A DNA stretch of 64,000 nt from positions 4,352,001 through 4,416,000 of the forward strand of contig CAVYRF010000002.1 in NCBI GenBank assembly GCA_963770895.1. Reading direction: 5' to 3'. Position numbers and translations under genes: made by a program. Under the pieces are notes generated by a model that did no database searches, was not told the DNA's origin, and worked only from the letters and a program-made list of their open reading frames with translations. Position 1 is the stretch's first letter. The number at the start of each line of letters is the position of its first letter. Of this stretch, positions 38,467 to 48,084 are shown one piece after another. The stretch comes from an uncultured Acidobacteriota bacterium (GTDB lineage Bacteria; Acidobacteriota; Thermoanaerobaculia; Multivoradales; UBA5704).

Positions 38467-39702
38467 TCAGCCGCGCGCGGTGGCTACCTGGCGGAAGGCG
38501 GCGACGAACGTTTGCATCTGCGGGGCGGTGCCGATCGTCACGCGCAGATGGTGGGGGAGGGACGGGAACTCGCGGCCCACGTCGACCCCCCGCTGGTGCA
38601 GGTGCTTGATGATCGGGCCGACCGGCTGGCGCAGGTCGATCATCATGAAGTTGGCGGCCGAGGGGACGTAGGCGAACCCCAGGCGGTCGAGCTCGGCGCA
38701 GAGCGCCGCCTTCACTTCGTTGTTGAGGCGCCGGCCGCGGCTCACCTGCTCGGCGTCGCCCAGGCTCGCCCGCGCCGCCGCCAGGGCGAGGACGTTCACG
38801 CTGTCGAAGGCCTGGTGCTCGCGCAGCCGGGCGATGAGCGCGGTCTGCGCCACGCCGTAGCCGCAGCGCAGGCCGGCCATGCCGTAGATCTTCGAGAACG
38901 TGCGGGTGACCAGGAGGTTGGGGTGGCTCGCCACGAGCGGCACGACGCTCTCGTAGTCGGGCCGGTCGACGAAGTGGAAGTAGGCTTCGTCCACCAGCAC
39001 CACCGTGCGCTCCGGCACCTTGGCGAGGAGGGCGCGGACCTCGTCCTTCGGCGTGATGCTGGCGGTCGGGTTGTTCGGGTTGCAGATGTAGAGGATCCCC
39101 GGTTCGGGCGCGGCGGCCAGCATCCTGGGCAGGTCGTGGCGGAAGTCGGCGGTGAGCGGCACCGCCACCGCCTCGGCGCCGTGGTGCTGGGCGTGGCGCG
39201 GCAGCGACTCGAACGTTGGGTCCGCCGCCACCGCCGGCCGTCCGGGCCCGGTGAACGCCAGCGCCGCGGCGTGCAGGATCTCGCTCGAGCCGGCGCCGAG
39301 CGCGACCTGGCCCTCGCCCAGGCCGTGGAGGCGCGCCAGGTCTTCGGCGAGCGCCTCGACGTGCTCGTCGGGGTAGCGCCAGGACAGGCCGAAGGCGTCG
39401 CGCATCGCCGAGAAGGCGGCCGGCGACGGCCCGTACGGGTTCTCGTTCGCGGAGAGCCGCACCACGGAAGCTCCGGCAGCCACCGGTGGCGCCGCGGCCT
39501 CGCCGGCCAGGGGAGCGGCGCGGAGCGCGGCCGCGCCGGCGATGCCGGCCAGCCCCGACAGGGTGGCGCCTGCCCCGAGCAGCTGGGCGAAGCGCCGGCG
39601 CGACAGGCCGACTGCGGGCGCGGCCGCGCCGGCCTCACTGGAAACGTCGGCGCTGGCGCTGGAGCTCCGGTTGACGGCTTCGCACGCGCACCTGTCGGCC
39701 AT
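38467..39702 (-). CDS. Tat-exported class I/II PLP aminotransferase (HisC-like)
   Basis: SRRRFAQ Tat motif; LSANENPYGPS, CNPNNPT, DEAY, RTFSKIYGMAGLRCGY. Confidence 0.9.
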   Translation of the reverse strand: MADRCACEAVNRSSSASADVSSEAGAAAPAVGLSRRRFAQLLGAGATLSGLAGIAGAAALRAAPLAGEAAAPPVAAGASVVRLSANENPYGPSPAAFSAMRDAFGLSWRYPDEHVEALAEDLARLHGLGEGQVALGAGSSEILHAAALAFTGPGRPAVAADPTFESLPRHAQHHGAEAVAVPLTADFRHDLPRMLAAAPEPGILYICNPNNPTASITPKDEVRALLAKVPERTVVLVDEAYFHFVDRPDYESVVPLVASHPNLLVTRTFSKIYGMAGLRCGYGVAQTALIARLREHQAFDSVNVLALAAARASLGDAEQVSRGRRLNNEVKAALCAELDRLGFAYVPSAANFMMIDLRQPVGPIIKHLHQRGVDVGREFPSLPHHLRVTIGTAPQMQTFVAAFRQVATARG

Positions 39703-40010
39703 GGGTCCCTCGCTTTCCTTGTCTGGCCTTCTGCCGGGTTCGTCCTCGCAGACGGAGGACGCCATTGTCGCACGGCCCCTGGCGCGCTCGTTCGGCACGA
39801 CGCCGTGCTCGATCCGTGCGGCCGAGCTGTTGTCCGGGGAGCTGAAGAGGTGTTGGTCGAGATGGAAGAAAGGAGCCGGACGCTGCGCGAGCGTGCCTGC
39901 GCCTGGTCCACCAGCGAGCGGTGCCGGCCGCGGCCCGGTCGCGGAACCCCGAGCGCGGCGCACAGATTCTTTCGAGGGCATGCAGTCCAACTGCCCAGGA
40001 GGTGTGCGTC

Positions 40011-40190
40011 ATGCGCAAAGCGACCCTGCGTCTTCTCGTCCTCGCATTCGCCCTGGCCACCGCCGCCATGGCCGGCGTCGCTCCGACCAAGTCCGCCCCG
40101 TCGCGAACCTGCGGACACTGCGCCACGGGCAGCTATTGCTGCCAGTACCACGGCGGGCTCTGCCTGCCGAACGGCGTCCCCTGTCCTTGA
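40011..40190 (+). CDS. 59-aa secreted six-Cys peptide
   Basis: AGGAGGT RBS; signal peptide then CGHCATGSYCCQYHGGLCLPNGVPCP. Confidence 0.8.
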   Translation: MRKATLRLLVLAFALATAAMAGVAPTKSAPSRTCGHCATGSYCCQYHGGLCLPNGVPCP

Positions 40191-40196
40191 ACCCGG

Positions 40197-40404
40197 TCAG
40201 TGGCCTGTATCAGGTGAATCGCTAGTGGATGGCGCCGCAATCGGCGCCTGGAGCCAGGCGCGCCGACGCAGGCATAGCGGGGGACTAATGTCGAGGAGGC
40301 GGCCGGCGCTGATGCCATGCCGGCACTCCCGGCAGGTCGCAACGCCGCTCCGGGCGTTCGAGGGCAAGCCAGGCACTATCGATTCCTCTGATACAGGCCA
40401 CTAG
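40197..40404. mobile_element. MITE-like element, family A copy 2
   Basis: tcAGTGGCCTGTATCAG ... CTGATACAGGCCACTAG; shares internal blocks with copy 1 and is about 40 bp longer. Confidence 0.85.
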
Positions 40405-40648
40405 GCTAGCCGCCGTCACCCGCTCGCCGGCGAGAACCCGACCCTGGCGGGTCGAAGACGCGCCCCTTCAACCAGGTTTCAAATGGGGCCGTTGCGGGGC
40501 GATGGCGAAGACGCGGTTGGCGTTGGCTGGAAGACGCCCTTTCAGGGGAGAGGGGTAAGATTGGCTGCAGCCTGCCATGGTGGTTTACCTGCCGCGGCAG
40601 GCACGCCGGTCCAGGCCCCTGCGCCGGCTTGATCTCCGGAGACCTCTG

Positions 40649-42142
40649 ATGTCTCAGATCGTCGGTATCGACCTCGGGACGACGAACTCGCTGGTCGCCG
40701 TGCTCGCAGGCGACCGGCCGGTGGTGATCCCCAATCGGCTCGGCTCCCGACTGACGCCCTCGGTGGTGCGTTTCTTTGCTGACGGGCACCAGGTCACCGG
40801 CGAGCCGGCCCGCCGCGCGAGGTCGGAGGATCCGCGACACACGGTCGGCGGCATCAAGCGCTTTATCGGTCGCTACTACAACGAGGTGGCCGACCTGGCA
40901 GAGCTCGCTCCCTACCGTGTCGTGCCGGGCCCTAACGATGAGGCCACGATCCGGCTGCACGGCCGGGACTGGTCGCCCGAAGAGATCTCGTCGCTGGTGC
41001 TGCGCGACCTCAAGAACAGCGCCGAGGCTTACCTCGGCGAGAAGGTGGACCGGGCTGTCGTCACCATACCCGCTCATTTCAATGGTGCACAGCGACGCTC
41101 CACCGCCAAGGCCGTCGAGCTCGCCGGTCTCTCCTTGGAGCGGTTGCTGCAGGAGCCGACCGCCGCGGCGCTGGCCTACGGCTACCGGAAAGAGGAGGAT
41201 CGCGATCTGCTGGTCCTGGATCTCGGCGGCGGCACCTATGACGTTTCCCTGCTCGAAGTGGGCGAGGGAGTGGTGGAGGTCAAGGCGATCGACGGCGATA
41301 GCGACCTGGGAGGAGACGACTTCGACGAAGCGCTGCTGACCTGGGCCTGCGAGGAGATCTGGCGTCGCCACGGGTTCGACCTCATGTCGGATCCTGAAGC
41401 TGCCCAAAGGATCCGCGAAGAGGTCGCCGCCGCGAAGCGCACGCTATCCGAGCTGGCGAGCTGCACGCTCAAGGTGCCTTTCCTGTTCCGCCGCCAGGGA
41501 GTGGCCGTCTCCGTGGATCTCGTGCTGAGCCGGGACGACTTCAACGCTTACTGCGACGAGCTGTTCGAACGGTTGGTCCCGCCCGTCGAGCGCGCTCTCC
41601 GCAGCGCACACCGATCCCCGAGCGATGTCGGCGAGGTGTTGCTGGTCGGCGGTGCGACGCGAATGTGCCGCGTGCGAGACATCGTGCGCCGCCTGTTTGG
41701 GCGGCAGCCGAGGCATGGCATCGAAGCCGAAGAGGCGGTAGCGCTCGGTGCTGCCATTCAGGGCGGGGTGCTGGTCGGAGGCGTGAAGGACACGCTGTTG
41801 CTCGACGTGCTGCCCTATGACATCAGCATCGAAACCGGTCAGGGCACCGCTGCGATGCTGACCGATCGGGACATGACGGTGCCCTTCCGGAAAACCGAGA
41901 TGTTCACCACCCAGGCCGACAATCAGACTTCGGTCGAGATCAATATCCTGACCGGAGGAAGCCCTTTTGCCGAGCACAATCGCCTGCTCGGAAGGTTGGT
42001 TTTCGACGGGATCCCGGCGCTGCCCCGCGGTCGAGCGCGGATTGAGGTCGCCGTCGAGGTGGACGCCAACCGGGATCTGCACGTCACCGCCAACGACCTG
42101 GGCACCGGGCGGAGCGAATCGCTGACCCTGCGCTACGGCTGA
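40649..42142 (+). CDS. Hsp70/DnaK-family protein lacking the C-terminal lid
   Basis: GIDLGTTNS, LDLGGGTYDVS, LVGGATRM, LLLDV linker, TQADNQTSV; ends right after the beta substrate-binding domain (497 aa). Confidence 0.92.
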   Translation: MSQIVGIDLGTTNSLVAVLAGDRPVVIPNRLGSRLTPSVVRFFADGHQVTGEPARRARSEDPRHTVGGIKRFIGRYYNEVADLAELAPYRVVPGPNDEATIRLHGRDWSPEEISSLVLRDLKNSAEAYLGEKVDRAVVTIPAHFNGAQRRSTAKAVELAGLSLERLLQEPTAAALAYGYRKEEDRDLLVLDLGGGTYDVSLLEVGEGVVEVKAIDGDSDLGGDDFDEALLTWACEEIWRRHGFDLMSDPEAAQRIREEVAAAKRTLSELASCTLKVPFLFRRQGVAVSVDLVLSRDDFNAYCDELFERLVPPVERALRSAHRSPSDVGEVLLVGGATRMCRVRDIVRRLFGRQPRHGIEAEEAVALGAAIQGGVLVGGVKDTLLLDVLPYDISIETGQGTAAMLTDRDMTVPFRKTEMFTTQADNQTSVEINILTGGSPFAEHNRLLGRLVFDGIPALPRGRARIEVAVEVDANRDLHVTANDLGTGRSESLTLRYG

Positions 42143-42160
42143 GACCTCACCTTCGCTCGG

Positions 42161-45100
42161 TCAGGCCAGACCTCGAACCGAGAGGCTCGGATCGGCCGCG
42201 ATCCGGCGCCGGAGGTCCAGGATCTCGGTCGACGAAACATACTGCAGAGCGACCTGGTACGCCGCCTTGCGGACCGCTGGGCTCGCGTGCGTCGCGGCTC
42301 TCGACAACACATCGCGGATGCGTAGGGTCTCGGCCGCGCCGAGCGACGGCGGGCGGAACCTCTCCGGGCTGCCGAGCAGCGTCAGCAGGTTGGTGCGATG
42401 CCACGCCGCCAGCGACGGCTCGCCGTCCAGCTTGGCGAGCACCGCTTCGATGAGCTCCGGCTCGATGGCGCGCTCGCGGAACAGCCTCAGCGCATAGCGG
42501 TGCACCCGGGTGACCGGATCGGTGAGGAGACGCACGAGAAAGTCCGCCGGCCGGCGTCCGTATCGCTCCCGCAGCAGCCAAGCGCAGTAGATCCGATATT
42601 CCAAGGCGCCTGCAACGATCTGATGATCGATGACCGCGAAGAGAGTGCCGTCGGTGGCGCGATCCAGCGCGCGGAAGGCTTCGAGCGCCGAACGCAGGTC
42701 GACGCTGCCGAGCTTCCGAGCACCCTGCAGGAAGATCTCCAAGGGAGCATCCAGATCGGTCGTGACCAGCAGCGACAAAGCGGTCAGGCGGGCTTCTCGC
42801 GGGTAGTGATGTCTGGCCGGCGGCAGTGCCAGCGGAACGGATTCGCTTCCGCTGTGCGGCGGGGATGAGAGATCTTCCCCTGGCCCCCTTTTCCCCTGGG
42901 CCGTGCCGTTTTCCGTGTCCTCGCTGCGTTCCCCGCTCGGGACGGCGCCTAAGAGACCGGGATCGATCTCGATCAGGCGCAGTGCAAGGCTGCGAACCAG
43001 CGGATGCTCTCGGCGGTGCTGCAGGAGGCGCAAGACTACGGGCGCCAGGGCGTCCCTGCTGATCGGATCGGCAAGCGCTTCGAACCGAGCCAAGGTGAAG
43101 ACGGCTTCATCGCTGGCTTTCTCGACGACGAGGTTCTCGAAGACCGCTACCACGACCGGCTGTTGTGCCGCGAGAAAGGCATCGTCGCGCCGCGCCAGAA
43201 GCGAGATCACGCGCGATAGCACTTCGCCTGACTGCGCCTGCATGCGGTCGAGAAAGAGCAGCGCACCGAGGGTGGAGGCAAAGCTGGGAAGAGCCTCGAT
43301 CGCTTCTTCGAGGAGACGCCCCAGCGTCGTGTCCCGCGAGGTAGTCTCCTCCAGGTGGTGCGCCCAGGCGCGCGCGATCATGTACTCCGCGACGGCTTCA
43401 TAGACGAAATGCAAACGGTGGGCGGACGACCCGGCGGCTGCTGAACCGGCCTCGGCAGAGTTCGCAGCGAGAATCCCCTCGGATCGCAGCTGGTTATAGA
43501 CCGAGAGGGGATCGCTCTGCTCTCGCGGTGTGATGCCGGCCTCGTCGTGCCGGAGCGCCGTTCTGCGCCGTCGCCACATCTCCGAACCGATGCGCCAGAG
43601 CAGGTCGTCGACGAGCGCCGAGCCGGCGAGCGCGGCGCGGAGAACGATCCCGGCCGTCGCACCTGCCATGAATCGGTCGAACACGTCCAGGGCGCGCAGG
43701 TCGGCGACGATCCCCAGGTCGCGGCCCTGGTTGCTGCGGCAAAAGAGGCTCAAGAGCAGCGGGTTCTTGAGCAGCGCCGCCGCGTCAGGTCCCAGCTGGC
43801 AGCGCAGCTGAAACTTCTCGAAATAGAGCGCCATTGCTTGACGCTGTTCCTCCGGGCTGAACTCGTCGAGGATCAGGGGGGCCTTGCCGGTGAGCAGAGG
43901 TTGCAGCTTGCTGGCAAAGACGGGCCAGTGGACGTCGCGACAGGACACGATCACTTTGACACGCTGCCAGCGGCAATGGTTCACCAACTGATCGACGGCT
44001 CGCGCCATACGCACCGGATCGGTGTTCTCGTTCAATGCATCGATCAAGATGAAGAGCCAGCCCCAGGTGCGATTCAGGCCGTTCGCGACGCGGCGCAGCC
44101 AGTCCCGGCAGTCCTCGCCGAGCTCTCGTTCGAGCAGGCGTTGGATGTGCGTCTCGACATCGTATTCGCTTGAGATGGTCATCTCGCCGGAGAGCAGCAC
44201 AGTGGGCGTCTCGCGGCCGAGCTCATCAGCCAGGGAGCAGAGCAGGCTCGTCTTGCCGTATCCGGCGGAGCCGACGATGGCGAGGCAGCGGGCTGCGCAG
44301 TCCGTGGCGGCGGTCTCCAGCTCTTGCAGGAGAGAATTTGCGAGCAGCTCCCGGCCTGACCAGTCGCGGCCCGATGGCGCCGAGGGTAGCAGCGACCAGA
44401 ATCCGTCCATTTCTCCGCGGCCGCCGCTCAGGTTGCTGCGCCTGACGGCATTCAGATACTGCGCGGCCTGTTTGAGCCTTGCCTGGTTGAAAGCTGGCAA
44501 GGTCTCCAAGAGCGTCAGGATCTCTACCAGTTGGCGGGCAAAGGCGGAATCCAAAGGTTCCTGGATCGCCCTTTCCGCCAGCGCGAGAGCCTTCTCGACC
44601 GCGGCGAAACGGAAGGTGCGGCGCAGCGGGTCGAGAGCCTCTTCTACCAGCCGGGGCCCGGCATCCTGTGCCAGCAAGGAATCGATCGCCGAGGTCCCCA
44701 GGTCGTGTGCAACGGCGATCGCCCGCAGGCGGTCGAGCAGGCTTGCCGCCTGCACGCGAAAGCGTGTGTCTGCGTCGAGGAAGTCGTCGATTCGGCGGCG
44801 CGCTCGCCTGGGTACGAAGAGCTCGGCGGCGTAGTTGCCGCGACCGAGACGACGGATCTGATCCGGCAACGCCCTGCCGCAGATTGCCAACAGCCGGGTC
44901 GTGCTGAGCGCCGGCTGCTCCAACGTCATCCCGCGCAGCGGGAGGCCGGCATTGAACAGCAGGTCGGCCAGTCCGGCGCGGTGAGCGCCACCCCGGCGCT
45001 GCGCCCACCGCAGCGCCGAGGCGACCAGCAGCGCCCAGGCGGCGTCGGACAGGTCAGGCTGGCGGAGCTGGTGTCGCAAGCGGTCCAGAGCGAGGCTCTC

Positions 45101-45772
45101 GCCCTCCCCTCCTGGTTCCACGGCGAGAATGTGGATGTGAAGCATCTCAGACAGCTGCGCAATGTCCTTGTCGGTAGGAGGGCTGCGCCGGTGCTTCTTG
45201 AAGCTTGCCGCAAGCAGATCGAGGAATACCGCCAGGACGTCTTCCTCGTCGCGGTTTTTCGCCACGTCGAAGCCCTGTCCGGGAGTCGCGGCGCGCAGGC
45301 GCTCGACGAGGATGGGAAGGTGGACGCGGATGGGCTCTGACGATTCAGGGCCGGCAACCAGGACCAGCCGATCTCGGGTCGGGTCGAGACGGCGCTCCCA
45401 GGGCCTGCCTTCGCGTCGTCCGGCACCCAGGGAGAGAAGCTGCCGGACACATTGGTCCAGTGCCGAGGCGAGCTCGGACTCGGGGCGGCTGCCAAGGTCG
45501 AGGCGGCGCTTGGCCTGCAGAAAGGCAAAGCCGCCCACGGAAGTCGCGACGCGCAGATCGTCTACCGGCTGGTCGGTCTCGCACCAGATCGTGTCCAGCC
45601 GTACATGGGCCGGCAGGCCCCAAGGCGACGCAGCCTGGTCGCCCGCCAGGATGCAGGTGGAGATCCAGGCGGCAACGCGGGCCTGGTAGCCGATGCCTCC
45701 CGCGGTGGCCGCTCCACCCCCTGGCCTGGCGGTGGGACCTTTCGCGTCACCTGCCGGTTCGTGGGCGTCCAT
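42161..45772 (-). CDS. Nuclease-STAND/NACHT NTPase-helical repeat protein (Avs-like defence candidate)
   Basis: N-terminal GIGYQ...VDD...LQAK (PD-(D/E)xK, Cap4-like); Walker A GSAGYGKT; Walker B ILIDALNE; VSCR; NPLLLSLF; HEAT-like C-terminus. Confidence 0.82.
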   Translation of the reverse strand: MDAHEPAGDAKGPTARPGGGAATAGGIGYQARVAAWISTCILAGDQAASPWGLPAHVRLDTIWCETDQPVDDLRVATSVGGFAFLQAKRRLDLGSRPESELASALDQCVRQLLSLGAGRREGRPWERRLDPTRDRLVLVAGPESSEPIRVHLPILVERLRAATPGQGFDVAKNRDEEDVLAVFLDLLAASFKKHRRSPPTDKDIAQLSEMLHIHILAVEPGGEGESLALDRLRHQLRQPDLSDAAWALLVASALRWAQRRGGAHRAGLADLLFNAGLPLRGMTLEQPALSTTRLLAICGRALPDQIRRLGRGNYAAELFVPRRARRRIDDFLDADTRFRVQAASLLDRLRAIAVAHDLGTSAIDSLLAQDAGPRLVEEALDPLRRTFRFAAVEKALALAERAIQEPLDSAFARQLVEILTLLETLPAFNQARLKQAAQYLNAVRRSNLSGGRGEMDGFWSLLPSAPSGRDWSGRELLANSLLQELETAATDCAARCLAIVGSAGYGKTSLLCSLADELGRETPTVLLSGEMTISSEYDVETHIQRLLERELGEDCRDWLRRVANGLNRTWGWLFILIDALNENTDPVRMARAVDQLVNHCRWQRVKVIVSCRDVHWPVFASKLQPLLTGKAPLILDEFSPEEQRQAMALYFEKFQLRCQLGPDAAALLKNPLLLSLFCRSNQGRDLGIVADLRALDVFDRFMAGATAGIVLRAALAGSALVDDLLWRIGSEMWRRRRTALRHDEAGITPREQSDPLSVYNQLRSEGILAANSAEAGSAAAGSSAHRLHFVYEAVAEYMIARAWAHHLEETTSRDTTLGRLLEEAIEALPSFASTLGALLFLDRMQAQSGEVLSRVISLLARRDDAFLAAQQPVVVAVFENLVVEKASDEAVFTLARFEALADPISRDALAPVVLRLLQHRREHPLVRSLALRLIEIDPGLLGAVPSGERSEDTENGTAQGKRGPGEDLSSPPHSGSESVPLALPPARHHYPREARLTALSLLVTTDLDAPLEIFLQGARKLGSVDLRSALEAFRALDRATDGTLFAVIDHQIVAGALEYRIYCAWLLRERYGRRPADFLVRLLTDPVTRVHRYALRLFRERAIEPELIEAVLAKLDGEPSLAAWHRTNLLTLLGSPERFRPPSLGAAETLRIRDVLSRAATHASPAVRKAAYQVALQYVSSTEILDLRRRIAADPSLSVRGLA

Positions 45773-46026
45773 GGCCGCAGCTCTGCGGCATTCTATTCAT
45801 GAACGATGACGGCGCCCAGCAGCGTCCGCCGCGACGCTGCGCGTTCTCTGCACCACCTTGCCGAACGCGGTCGCCAGCTAGCCCAGGTCGGTCCGGATGT
45901 CCGCGAGATCATTGTGCACGCCATTCTCGATCGGGCAACCGCGGTCACAGCCGAATAGCCGCGCCCTACCTGAGTCGGCAACAGGGCGAATAACCTCGTG
46001 GCCGCGGCGGTCGACAGTCTGCCTGG

Positions 46027-47898
46027 TCAGGTGCAGGGAAGCGCTGCTGTGTCCTGGACCGGTTGCGCCGTGGTCTGGTCGGGATTGGAGTAGGTCTTGA
46101 AGTTGCCGGTCTGGGTGTCCGTCACCGTGACCGAGAAGCCGACGTTGGTCAGTGCCGCGAAGAATACCCAGTAGTGCCCTCCCAGGCTGCACCCGTTGAG
46201 GACCTTGATCAGCATCTCGGGGTTGTTCGCGGCGAAGAACCAGAAGATGCCTCCTTGATCGATGCCGAGAGACGCGAGCGCAATGTCAGCCGCAGGGCCG
46301 TGAAGCCCTCCATCCTCGGCGGTGTTGACCGTGGTGTGGACCGCGAAGCGCTTGTCGCCCGGCTTGTCGTCGATGCAGAGAACGCTGCTGCTGGCGACGC
46401 ACGGCGCGCCGCCGCCGGCGGGTGAGAGCCATTGCTCGATCGACGAGAAGGTCTGCGAGAACGCCCCGTCGGCGATCAGGTTCCCCGGATCGCAGTTGTT
46501 GGAGCTTGCCGTGGCAAGACATTGTCCGTGCAGCTGGCCCACGACCTGGCCGCTTGCCAGCGCCACGGGTGAGCCCGAGCTGCCTCCCGCCGTATCGCCT
46601 TGACCGGCGACCACCTTCGAGTAGATGTGGTTCGCGCCGAAACACTCCGAGCTCGACTCGGAGAGGAAATGGGTCACCGAATATCCCTGCGGGAGGGGTA
46701 TCCCCGCCGGTGCCGGGTAGGACACGCGGTACAGCGATTCGCCGCTGGTCAGCGCGCTGCTGGAAGCGTCCCAGCCGAGGAAGACGCTGGTGCCGGGGAC
46801 CGAACCGAGGAGGCGAATGAAGGTGAAGTCGGAGGTCGCGGAAGTCGCCAGGAGGGTGGCCCCGGACGTGCGCGGGAAATTGTTTTCAGACGGTGCGACC
46901 GCGTTGCAGGATGGATCTGCGTACTGCCAGAAAGCCTCCAGGCTCGAGGCCGACGCTTGGGTGGAGAAACAGTGATGCGCGGTCAGCAGATAGGGGGTGC
47001 CGTCTTGTTTCGTGTTGTTCAGGAGGCCGCCGCTGCACAGAAAGCCCGCGGAGTTCTCGATGAACTGCAGCTGCGCCACGCCGTAGTGCAGGGACGTCAG
47101 AACGCTGCTGCTCGGCGCGCACGTGGCGTCGAGCAGACAGCTCGACGAGTCCGCCGCCGGGGTCGGCTGGCCGCCCTGCGGCATGGCTGACATCGACTGC
47201 GTCGCCGGCGGCAGGAGCGGCGAAGCGGCCGGCGCGGAGCCGGGAACGACCGCCGGCGAGCTCAGTTGAAAGAGCTCCATGACCTCGTTCACGGTGAAGC
47301 TTGTCGCTCCGCCGCTGGGCGCCTGCACCTCCACCATGAGGTCCGGGCCCGCCACGCTCGGGGTCCAGAGATCGCCGGCTGGCGCACGCAGCTCGAGGCC
47401 GAATTCGCGCGGCTTCTGGCCCACTCCCCATACCCACATCCGCGCGCCCGGTGCGAGCTGCACCGCCAGCATGTGCAGCCTGAGCCGGTCGGCGTCGTCC
47501 ACGTGGACGCGCGTGCCCCAGGCGACCATACCGTCTCCGGCGTCGGCGATAAGTCCGCCCGAGTTGCCGACGGGGTCCGCATGGCCCACCGCGGCAGCAT
47601 CGAGCTTCACCTCGGCCGGGAGGGGCAGGGGGCGGGCGAAACCGTTCTGGGGCGGCTCGCGCCGCGCTGCATTGCGGGCCTGCATGGCTTCGAGGCTGTC
47701 GAGAGCCGCAATGTTCGCTGCCCGCAGCGAATGGATGGGTGCAATGGCCAGCGCGGTCGCCAATCGCAACGGCGGCGGCTCCGTCGCGAGCGGGGGCGTT
47801 GCGCCCGGCTGGGGGAAAAGAGGGCGCAGGCTCTGAGCAACGAGCGTCGAGGCACAAGCGAAGAAGACGGAGCACAACACCAGAGGCTTACATCTCAT
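46027..47898 (-). CDS. Secreted trypsin-like serine protease (lysyl endopeptidase-like)
   Basis: CSGGLLNN, LTAHHC, SDFT, GGSSGSP; C-terminal FWFF...LIKVLNGC...YWVF...LTNV domain. Confidence 0.9.
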   Translation of the reverse strand: MRCKPLVLCSVFFACASTLVAQSLRPLFPQPGATPPLATEPPPLRLATALAIAPIHSLRAANIAALDSLEAMQARNAARREPPQNGFARPLPLPAEVKLDAAAVGHADPVGNSGGLIADAGDGMVAWGTRVHVDDADRLRLHMLAVQLAPGARMWVWGVGQKPREFGLELRAPAGDLWTPSVAGPDLMVEVQAPSGGATSFTVNEVMELFQLSSPAVVPGSAPAASPLLPPATQSMSAMPQGGQPTPAADSSSCLLDATCAPSSSVLTSLHYGVAQLQFIENSAGFLCSGGLLNNTKQDGTPYLLTAHHCFSTQASASSLEAFWQYADPSCNAVAPSENNFPRTSGATLLATSATSDFTFIRLLGSVPGTSVFLGWDASSSALTSGESLYRVSYPAPAGIPLPQGYSVTHFLSESSSECFGANHIYSKVVAGQGDTAGGSSGSPVALASGQVVGQLHGQCLATASSNNCDPGNLIADGAFSQTFSSIEQWLSPAGGGAPCVASSSVLCIDDKPGDKRFAVHTTVNTAEDGGLHGPAADIALASLGIDQGGIFWFFAANNPEMLIKVLNGCSLGGHYWVFFAALTNVGFSVTVTDTQTGNFKTYSNPDQTTAQPVQDTAALPCT

Positions 47899-48084
47899 AG
47901 ACTTCTCCTTGTTCACGGGCACGCGGTGCTCGACGTGCTGCGACCCCACGCCCAACAATCCACTTTCGTTGATAGGCCCAGGATATCACGCGCGCGCCCC
48001 GCCGGAAGCGCTGCGGCGCCGCTCCGCGCGGTATCGACATATGTCTATTTTTTGTAATAAACGATGCCGCGTTACCATCAAGGA

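Noticed and set aside
40649-42142. Housekeeping dnaK
   Set aside because: Lacks the lid and the grpE/dnaJ context, so no gene symbol was given.
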